From: Eukaryota sp. TZLM1-RC
Lineage: Eukaryota > Protista > Metamonada: BaSk clade
Assembly (NCBI GenBank): GCA_040285825.1
Contig: JAUPSS010000003.1
Span: 3,162,001 to 3,226,000 of the forward strand
Length of the DNA stretch: 64,000 nt
Direction of reading: 5' to 3'
This document shows, one piece after another, positions 55,197-64,000 of the stretch (position 1 is its first letter; each line of letters starts with the position of its first letter). A program made the position numbers and the translations under genes. The notes under the pieces are model-generated. The model searched no databases. It had not been told where the DNA came from and saw nothing but the letters and a program-made list of their open reading frames with translations.

Positions 55197-55889
55197 ATGG
55201 TTCGTACTCTACCTGATTGGTGGATGAACAAACAACAACGTCCCGTTGCACAATCTTTGGTACCCTCAACATCAGCACAATCAGCCACATCCAATTCCAA
55301 AAGAAAGAAACCTTCATCAATTAAACCAAAACCTGTTTCAACACCAACATCTTCAACGCCTGTAGCAAATGTTTCAAGAGCAACATCATCTCAATCTTCG
55401 CAAACCAGAATTACTAAACCAGGGAACCATGCCCCAAATATCCCAGTATCATCCCCTTCGCGATCTCCACACTCTTTGGTTCCCTCAACATCCCGATCCT
55501 CTGTTTCACCATCTACCCCCGCTAGACCATTGTCACATGTACTGTTTGCTATCTCGGCTATTCAGAATCCAGAGCGGGCTGAACTCCGATCTAAAGCAAT
55601 GTCTCTCGGTGCCAGGTACTCTCCAACGGTTACTTCCCAAGTGACCCACCTCTTGTGTCCAATATCAAATACCCCAAAGATCAGGGAGGCACAAAGGTTA
55701 AACGTAGACTTTGTCCTTAAACCAGAATGGATAGATGCTTGTCTAGAGCAGCAACTGAAGGTTTCAGAATATAGGTACTTGGTTGATCAGAATGTTGGTT
55801 ATTCTTCTGATTCTTCAACGGCTTCCAGTCCTTTGTTCGACTCTGGGAGTGAGGAAGATCGCGATTTGAGTGATTTTGTTGTGGATTGA
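55197..55889 (+). CDS. XRCC1: XRCC1-like single-BRCT protein
   Basis: ISAIQNPERAELRSKAMSLGARY...THLLCPISNTPK...PEWIDAC matches XRCC1 BRCT1 (SGFQNP.RSELR.KA..LGAKY...THLICAFANTPK). Confidence 0.8.
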   Translation: MVRTLPDWWMNKQQRPVAQSLVPSTSAQSATSNSKRKKPSSIKPKPVSTPTSSTPVANVSRATSSQSSQTRITKPGNHAPNIPVSSPSRSPHSLVPSTSRSSVSPSTPARPLSHVLFAISAIQNPERAELRSKAMSLGARYSPTVTSQVTHLLCPISNTPKIREAQRLNVDFVLKPEWIDACLEQQLKVSEYRYLVDQNVGYSSDSSTASSPLFDSGSEEDRDLSDFVVD

Positions 55890-56485
55890 GGTTATCTTGG
55901 TACGACACAAACTGAAACTTCTTATTGATTCACGGATTGCAAATCAATATTTTCTGAAGGGGAATAAATTCTCTTTTCGCTTTTTGTTACAATGTTTCTT
56001 TGATCAAACAGCCCATGTACTCTTGGTTAGGATTTGATTGTAGTCTTGAATTAGATTTTGTATGAAACATTACTGTGAAGTATGCCAATCTTCTTCGTTC
56101 TTGTGCAGATATCCAATTGTGACTCATCACTATTTAATTGATAAGCAAAGATTGTACATTTACGATTGTAATATATTATTTTTTCAGTTATGTAATTGGT
56201 TAAATTTGTTTAATTTTTTCTTCTGCAGTCTCATTTGCTTTGCTGATGGTACGGAGAAGCTTAGTGTAAATCATATTGACAAAGTTATTCCAGAGTTACG
56301 ACTTGAATGTTACAACTTCTTTTACCACATCAGTTAGGGAAAAGAATGACTATAATCAAAAATTCTATATGTTTTTGCTCCCTCATCATCCACAAAACAG
56401 CATAAACTAAATTGATTTAGTTTGTAGATTTTTTTGGATTAACCATATGTGACCCCTCCTTTGATTGTTTTACTTCCCGACCAGA

Positions 56486-56558
56486 GGGGGTGTAGCTCAA
56501 TTGGTAGAGCGCACGCTTAGCATGCGTGAGGTACGGGGATCGAAACCCTGCATCTCCA
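56486..56558 (+). tRNA. trnA-AGC: tRNA-Ala (AGC)
   Basis: Acceptor GGGGGTG/CATCTCC with G3:U70, anticodon arm CACGC-TTAGCAT-GCGTG, eukaryotic Ala T loop ATCGAAA, followed by TTTT. Confidence 0.97.
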
Positions 56559-56915
56559 ATTTTGTTCATCATTATCTTGGCCTGATTCCTTCTTCCTTTT
56601 TATATCTACTCGATTAAATCTTGAACACTGATGGTAACCATAATGGCAGTTCCGATCCGACCACGTCACAGAAAGACATCGATTCTCTTCCTTGTTTTTC
56701 AATTGTTGAAAACCGATGCGGAGGTTTTTTCGACCGAACTTTCTGGTAACATAGCAGTGTATCTTTATTATTTAAGGAAATAGCCTTGTTGTGCTTTCTG
56801 AACAACCATTTTCAACCCAAAATTAAAGTGAAGTAGAAATCCATTTTATAAATTCTATATGTTGGTTTTTCTCAATGTCAATAAACCTCTTTATGATAAC
56901 ACATGCTACCACAAA

Positions 56916-59638
56916 CTAATAAGGTGTACCACTGGGAGTCCCCTGTCCAGACATTGCAGAAAGCGTAGAAACCAATTTGTTGACGTGAGCAACATCAGGC
57001 AAGCAATACCTAGCAAGAGTGGCCTCTCTAATTCCAACAAGAATTGTATAAATCTTATCAGGAAGATACTCAGCGTCAATGCTACCTTTTGAGCCAGCTC
57101 TTGGCCTAACAGTAGTTTCGTTGATTTGGTCTAACAAGCGTTCTACAATTAAACAAAGGAAAACACAAACTGACTCGAACATCACTCTGATCAGCTTCCA
57201 GGGAAATTTCTGACTCAACTTCAGATTCACTTTTCGTCTTTGAAAAAACGGAAAACATATCTTCATCGGTCTGGCTGAAATGAGAAACAATATTTACACA
57301 AACTCATCTCCGACACACATTATAAAATCAAAGTCTAAAGTTAGAGGATAAAGCAAAACATACATCCATGAAAACTTACAATCTTTTGAACAGCAGCTCC
57401 TTTGTCAGCACCTTTACAGCGAACTTCAAACACATTATTGCCAAAGCAGAAATCCACGTCAGTATTGCTTCCAATTGCATCGAGAATATTTGAGTGAAGC
57501 TCACGGACTTGGTATTGAGCAAAGTCCCTGTCTGTTACTGTTCTGTAATGAAAGCAAATGGAAGCAGGTTTTGTTTCAATTAAGGAACCAGGAGTTGACT
57601 TTTGCACATTCTCCATGATTGGCAGCACCTCATCCATCCAGTCAACGTTGAATTCATCTGCGTGAACAGGTGACCATTCAGATGAATCTGGTGGTTGAAA
57701 GACGGTTCCGTGTTCAGCGATTAAGCCAATGGCACTGCTGTCTCCAAACCATTGAGCAAGGTCGGTCCTCTTCCGTCCACTTATGATGTAAAGCGTGCTG
57801 TTAGGAGAGGAGGCGATTACATTCAAACAATCCACCAAGCTTTTGGTTGGAACTGCAAGCTCTGGTCTACGTTGGAACTCCACAAGTGTACCATCATAAT
57901 CAAGGAGCAAAAGCCTTCGTTTTGATTCCAGATAATCACTAGCGAGGGAGAGGAGATCCAAGGAAACACATTTCTCTATCGGCTTAATAGAGGTGAACAT
58001 CAAGCTAACATTGAGAAAGTTCTCTGCCCATTTCTCTGCAGTGTTGGAAACCGCAATAAATGAATAGTTGAGGCCATGTCTCTCTATTCTGTCTTCTTTA
58101 GACATGGTCAATGCCTCATAGATCGCATCAGCAGTACCATCGACATCCCAGGGATTAATACGTATTGCCCCTGACAACGAAGACGAGCAGCCAGCAAACT
58201 CACTTAATACAAGCACTCCTGGAGTTTCGTTCAGCTTTTGAGTAACACAATACTCAAGAGCAACTAGGTTCATTCCATCACGGATGGAGGTGATCATCAT
58301 GACATCAGAGACTGTGTAGAGAGCAATAAGTTCAGAGAAAGCTACAGATGAATGAACATAGTACACAGGCACCCAATCTAAACTAGCGTGGTCTCCAATG
58401 ATTTCACCAACTAATTGATTGGTTTCGCTAACCAATTCCTGATATTGAAAGACGTTTTCTCTTGTAGGAACTCCCACTTGAATCAACACTACCTTGGTAC
58501 GGAACTCGGGGTATTTTTGGAGAAACTTTCTGTATCCATGAAGCTTGAAAGGAATTCCCTTGATGTAATCTAAAGTCAATAGCTGAATCCCCATTCATAC
58601 CTAATCGATCTACACCACAGATCACGATTTTATCCTTATGGCGTTTGCGAAGCTTCTCAAGCTCTTCAAAAGTCTGCTTAGCCTTCTCTTCCTCAAAGTG
58701 ACGAACATCGAACATTTGAGGATCAATACCAATAGGAAATGCACTGACTAATGTTGTCCTTCCCTTATATTTGCAAACAGTGGCACCAACAGTCGCTCCC
58801 AAAAGTCTTGTACACGTTGACAGAAAGTGTCGGACATAGCTGAACTGGAGTTAGGAACTGTAAAACCCAAACACACAGTATGAAATCCAATAACATCACA
58901 AGCAACCATACCTTCTAAAATATCATGGCGAACGGGGAGAGTTCTGAAAATCTCCGAAGAAGGCCAAACAATATGAAAGAACAGTCCAATCCGACAACCA
59001 GGGATTTTATCACGAATCATCTTTGGTACTGAGGTGAAAGAACAAGCGACAAGACAAACATGTAAGCAAATGGTAATCGTGAACCCAGATCAGACAGTCA
59101 TCAGTATAATGTTCAATAACAGCGTCAGCAAACTGTTGGTTAATGTGCTGGTAAGCTTGCCAGAGCTTTGGGCTGAACGTTGGTCGTTCTGTGGAGCTCA
59201 TATAATGGCTGGGGTCAGCACAAGACAAATGACGATACCATAAAGGCTAAGTTGAGTAAATGTTACATTACTATACCCATAAAACAGAGTTGGCGAATCC
59301 AGTGTAGAAAAGTTCATAGTACTTGGGATCACAATCGATTGGTACATAGCCCTCAGCAAGAACCATATCTCTAGCTTGTTGAGTAAGTGGTTCTGTGTTC
59401 CCTGCCCATCCTAGCCAGATCATATCCTTTTATGAACAAAGAGTAAGTATCATACATGGAGATGGGTTCCAGTCAGCGCAGTGACTAGACCTCCAGATGA
59501 CTTTTTGATCTGTGGAACGCCATCTTTATACGAAAGTGTAATGGGTAGTCTATTTGAAACAACAATCAGGGTTGCTTGTCCGATACTAGACGGTCGTCGC
59601 TTGAGAGTCAGATCAACTTCTGAAGGAGTTCTTGACAT
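56916..59638 (-). CDS. TPS: Trehalose-6-phosphate synthase/phosphatase (TPS-TPP fusion), multi-exon
   Basis: VVSNRLP, SSGGLVTAL, WLGWAG, IWVHDYHL, FFHIVWPSSEIFR, FPIGID, GVDRL|DYIKG, RDGMNLV..EY, LSEFAG, INPWD, LLDYDGTL, AEHG. Several ~30-nt GT-AG introns. Confidence 0.92.
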
Positions 59639-60470
59639 TTATTGTAGTTGGGAAGATTAGAAGAAAATGTAGTGCAAAACAGGATATCATATTGTGTTTA
59701 CAGCTGATCAAATGGATCATTGGGGTGACAAAGGTAGAAAAGATTGTGATCACACAACATAACTCTATAAACGATACTCAAGAGATTGGATGATCCTGAT
59801 GTGATGTTCCAATCTCAGTGTACCTATTTGATTTTGAAATATTTTTTACCATAATTCTGTGATATTGCTTAAATTTAGTTGGCTCAGCGATGTTTTGTGA
59901 ACTATGACCAATCCACCGTTGTTGAACACCAATAATACATCACTGCTGAATGATTTAGTTAACACAAGAAATTACAAAACGAAAACAAAACAAATACATT
60001 AATAAGTTTATACGCACATATGCACAAACCAAACCTCCATTGACAGGAACAAGAACATCAACCCGCATAGTTGGATACTCCAGCTACGTGATAATATCTG
60101 TTATTGATGTTTGGTGATTGTAGTATCAGTTGAAAAAGTGCTGGTTTTTGGAACATTAAAAGTAAAACGCCTTCCCAACATTGTGGTAAAACAATGACAG
60201 TACACAGAACATCATTATGTATAAGAATAATGAATGTTGCATTTTGTGATGGTCAATTGCTGTAAACTACAGCTATACAATTGAATCCAGTATACCACTC
60301 TTCTTATTGTCCAAATATTGTGTTTAAATCTAGGAACATTTCCAGCTAAAAGTACTACCAGTTAGTTGAATTACTCTTACAATTTGTTTAATTACAGTAA
60401 GCAAAAGTTTTTAAAAACTAAACTATACATTAACAATTTATAAACAAACAAATAAATAAATAAGACAAAT

Positions 60471-63400
60471 CTACATTCTAAAAAACATCTTGGAAACATC
60501 CATTGCAAGTTCGACAATACTGAATTGCTTGAGCTTAGACTCTAATGACTGCTTTAATGCAATTGCTGAGTCCCCCTTGCTCTTCAGTTCGCCCTCTAAT
60601 TGCCTCCTTACAGAATTAAAAAAGTGTAAACTAGAAAAGAACTCATGTTGGTTCAAAACCATCAAAACAAAGACAAGACCCAACGAAAAACCATCTTCTA
60701 CAAATAAACCTCTCGTTACCGTTCTTGCACGACCCTTCTTCATCATGAGTTTTTCAGTCTCTACTTGCATGTGTTCAACATGGGAGAGAACGAGAGCTGG
60801 GGCGAGTAGGTAAAAGTTTTTCAAATGGATATTTTTATCACTTTGAAGTTCTGATTGGAAAACTTGTGATAATAATCCCAGGTAATTGGCAGCAGAAGTG
60901 AAATTTTCAGATAAGTTACTTATACAAGTAACCAAGAGGTCGGAAGCGGCCTTTGAGAATTCATTGTTTGGAATTTCCTTTGATTTCTCGATAAAATCTT
61001 CTATATCCTCTAAATTTGGAAGGAATTGAACAGCCGATGCGGTCTGAGATAGAGCTCCAGACCTCAAAAGACGAACAAAACCAAGAGCATTGCCCAGTTC
61101 GGTAATTAATCCCCTAAACTTATCGAAATAGGAAACACCATCGTTGGTTCTTCCAAGAGCTCTAACGTCTTTTAAAATAGCTTCAGCATTCGCGAGATCA
61201 AATTCAGCTTCCAAAGTACCCTTTTCTGTTAGCAAGTTTTGCCAATTCTTACTCGTTCGTAATAATCTAGACTTAATATGGTCATCATAAAGAAATTGAG
61301 AAACAAGCAAAAGCTTCTTTGCCATAAACGTATAAGTGAAATTGACTGTTGAATGGGTAATTCCGGTCCCATGAGTTTTAATCGAGTTACTTACATGTTC
61401 AATGGTTATGATATTGACATTTCTTTTCGAAGAATCGATTCTTTCAATGAAATTCTGCTGATGCAAATCATAATGGAACTTCCGAACAAAAACGTGTAAG
61501 TGACGGACCACTTCCAAAATGTCAATACCATGGCCAAGGGTTCCATATGGCAAGAAAGAGGGAGTGATTTCAATTCCGAACTTTTGGAGGGCAAAGCTTG
61601 ACATTTGATTATAAATCTTGAAATCATGAAGACTAATGGCAACCAGATCATAAAACACTCGAGACAAGTGGAATTCTACTGATTTCTTGATTGAGAAAGT
61701 TTCTCCAAAGAGAATCAGATCAGAATTACTAGTCAAAGTCTCAAAGATAGATTCCATTGAAAATTCCTTATTTGAGACTTGCTGTTGGACAGCTGAGCGA
61801 TGGCCTACAAGAGTAGAGTTAAGGGTCGCAATTCTGATACGAAGGTTCTCTTCAATAATTGATGAAATAGGATTGACAACATGTTCAATAAGACATTCCT
61901 TGATTGATGTTTTGATTTCTTCAATCAATTTTGATTGGCTGACGTCATCTAAATGGGGGGACAATTTGACAAGGTCGGCCATTTGGGAAATGCTTAGTAA
62001 AAAGGCCTTTAAGGAAGTCAAATTAGGAATTAAAGACTGAACAATAGGGCTAATTAATTCCCGAACAAATAAGAAGAAATTCAAATTCGAGAAAAGATCT
62101 AAATTATGTCCAAAATTAACCAAACAGCTCAAAATTGAACAGGACTTTGAGAGACCAGATGTGTCAGACACTTGTTTAGAGATCACGTCAGATAGAAAAG
62201 AGATCACCAAAACCTCCCTATTGGAAAGTTTACCATTCAAACTATTCTCAAATATTTTGGTAACACCGTACAGCTCTTCCTTGCCAGCAGGAGGTTTTAA
62301 ACCCTTTCCTCTTGCGGACTTCATAACAGGCATGATTAATTCCCTCAAAACATAATCACCAGCAATACACTCGACTAGGAAAGGGTAAACAGACATTATT
62401 TGAGGTAAACTCCTGGCAAAGACTGAATATACCTTGGAGACAAACATAGCGAAATAAGAGGTTAAGGGTAAAACCGTGGCGCTCATAGGTTCATTAAGTA
62501 GAGGAAAAATCAAGACTGATGACGTGATCAGAGTTTGAAATGAATAGAGGTAAGAGAATCCTTGAATAATTAAAGATTCAATCTTTGAAAGAGCAGGAGT
62601 CTTGGAGCCTAACTCACTTGAGAGGGAACAGGCCCATTTGGCTAAAACAACATTGTACCTACTGAGGGAAGCGACTGTTGAGCCTGTGACACGTGTCACA
62701 TGAGCTCTAATGATCCCTTCTGATTCCATTACAAGTGGGTGATCTGACTCTGAGCTCTGAGTCAAAATTTGGTAAATATAACTTACTGGATTGAGAGCAC
62801 ATTTACCATAAACGTGGACAAGAGGGATTTTCTTCATGAACTCAAGTAAAAGTCTAATAAATCTCTTTTCACTGTCAAAATCGGCTTTGGAAAGCCTAAT
62901 CATAAGAGCAATCAAACAAGTAAATCCCATCAAATCACGACCTCCAATCAAATCATCAACACAATCAATAATAGTTAGACGGTCACTTAAAGAAGTCAAG
63001 TTTCCATCCAATAAATCACCCAAAGAGACAGTCTTGTCGATGGTTTCTTCCAATAAGGATTTCAAAATTTTAACAAAGTCAGAAATAAACTTTGAACTTA
63101 GTACATTATTATTCAAGTCAAAACATCTATTCAAAAACATTTGAAAACATTTACCGCCCAAAATTTCCCCTTCAAACATTGTTATCAAATTTCCAACAGC
63201 CATAAGCTTTGAAATGGCTTTTTCTTTTAGTTCGGCTTCTTCAAGCTGATGTCCATCGGTAGGTTGAGGTTGTTTTAAATCATCAACAAAAGAGATAGGG
63301 TTAGTTGAGTGCAGGGCAAGTCGTAAAACTTTCTTGATTGCAATCAAATCATCAGCAATCACGTCATCAAGCGTTACTAAACTGTCGATGGAGGTCAGAA

Positions 63401-63986
63401 TAGACAGGACTTTCCCCAACAGTCTAATAGGATACTTTTGTGTACTTTTGGCAAAAAGGGGACAAGACTTTGGATTTTGGTAAAAAGAGGACATGTACTG
63501 CACAATTGACGTGGCATTGGTTGTCACTTCCCCCACAAAGTCCAATAATTCCTTATAAAAAGGAAGAGTTCGGGAAAAGTCAATGGCAGCTTCTCCTTCA
63601 TAGAGGTTAGACTTGGTGGAGAGTTCAGAAGGGATGCGTTCGTTCAGGAGGGAGAGACGTGGGTAGAAGTAGGAGGAGGATCTCTCGAGGAGGCTGTGGG
63701 CGGTCTCAGCAAGAGTAGCAAACTCGGAGGTAGCACGATCAACAGTAAGGGTATCAGTGGCACACAAATCCTCTATGGATTTGGAGGGGATAGGGGTGGG
63801 AGCAAAGTTCACGGAGAGGAGGTCGTGGGGTCTCAGAGAAGTTCTAGTGCTAGATTCAAAGTGTAGTTTTTGAAACTCAAGAAGCTGAGAGGCGTGATTT
63901 TCAAGGAAAGTAGTGTATTCCTCGCGTTTGACTTGATGAGGGACCTCGTGGACACCCTCATTGAAATCTGAGTATTCCCAGTCCAT
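60471..63986 (-). CDS. WASHC4: WASH complex subunit 4 (SWIP/KIAA1033)
   Basis: FYDLVAISLHD...Y.QM, LP..TL.HGIDILEVVR.LH.FV, YDLHQQ.FIE, NSIKTHGTGI..STVNFTY, SQFLYDDHIKSRL, GNALGFVRLLRSG, DGF.LG; 1171 aa. Confidence 0.92.
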   Translation of the reverse strand: MDWEYSDFNEGVHEVPHQVKREEYTTFLENHASQLLEFQKLHFESSTRTSLRPHDLLSVNFAPTPIPSKSIEDLCATDTLTVDRATSEFATLAETAHSLLERSSSYFYPRLSLLNERIPSELSTKSNLYEGEAAIDFSRTLPFYKELLDFVGEVTTNATSIVQYMSSFYQNPKSCPLFAKSTQKYPIRLLGKVLSILTSIDSLVTLDDVIADDLIAIKKVLRLALHSTNPISFVDDLKQPQPTDGHQLEEAELKEKAISKLMAVGNLITMFEGEILGGKCFQMFLNRCFDLNNNVLSSKFISDFVKILKSLLEETIDKTVSLGDLLDGNLTSLSDRLTIIDCVDDLIGGRDLMGFTCLIALMIRLSKADFDSEKRFIRLLLEFMKKIPLVHVYGKCALNPVSYIYQILTQSSESDHPLVMESEGIIRAHVTRVTGSTVASLSRYNVVLAKWACSLSSELGSKTPALSKIESLIIQGFSYLYSFQTLITSSVLIFPLLNEPMSATVLPLTSYFAMFVSKVYSVFARSLPQIMSVYPFLVECIAGDYVLRELIMPVMKSARGKGLKPPAGKEELYGVTKIFENSLNGKLSNREVLVISFLSDVISKQVSDTSGLSKSCSILSCLVNFGHNLDLFSNLNFFLFVRELISPIVQSLIPNLTSLKAFLLSISQMADLVKLSPHLDDVSQSKLIEEIKTSIKECLIEHVVNPISSIIEENLRIRIATLNSTLVGHRSAVQQQVSNKEFSMESIFETLTSNSDLILFGETFSIKKSVEFHLSRVFYDLVAISLHDFKIYNQMSSFALQKFGIEITPSFLPYGTLGHGIDILEVVRHLHVFVRKFHYDLHQQNFIERIDSSKRNVNIITIEHVSNSIKTHGTGITHSTVNFTYTFMAKKLLLVSQFLYDDHIKSRLLRTSKNWQNLLTEKGTLEAEFDLANAEAILKDVRALGRTNDGVSYFDKFRGLITELGNALGFVRLLRSGALSQTASAVQFLPNLEDIEDFIEKSKEIPNNEFSKAASDLLVTCISNLSENFTSAANYLGLLSQVFQSELQSDKNIHLKNFYLLAPALVLSHVEHMQVETEKLMMKKGRARTVTRGLFVEDGFSLGLVFVLMVLNQHEFFSSLHFFNSVRRQLEGELKSKGDSAIALKQSLESKLKQFSIVELAMDVSKMFFRM

Positions 63987-64000
63987 TAGTTACAGATATT

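Noticed and set aside
32290-63144. Numerous 60-120-aa ORFs overlapping NUP155, ankyrin, TTLL9, TPS and WASHC4
   Set aside because: Antisense or alternative-frame shadows of well-supported genes, with no motifs.

Overview
AT-rich, gene-dense eukaryotic (protist) DNA in the standard genetic code, with very short (~29-35 nt) GT-AG introns. Host genes: MATE-type transporter, RER1, GET3/ArsA, NUP155, eEF1B, a large ankyrin/CaaX protein, TTLL9, ISY1, an XRCC1-like BRCT protein, TPS-TPP, WASHC4/SWIP, tRNA-Asp(GTC) and tRNA-Ala(AGC). They are interspersed with many CRE/SLACS-like non-LTR retrotransposon fragments, a probable pogo-like end and four Fanzor (eukaryotic TnpB) loci from two families. The standout is ~21.7-26 kb (+). 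Repairing two compensating 1-nt frameshifts and one TAA gives a ~1,377-aa polyprotein: Cys-rich 32-aa repeats, a canonical 2A/StopGo peptide (DVEANPGP), a basic NLS, a complete PolB-type DEDDy 3'-5' exonuclease and a full Fanzor1 RuvC nuclease. It is followed by a nested-hairpin omegaRNA candidate and a BRCT-like ORF. All family assignments come from recognising motifs by eye; no searches were run.
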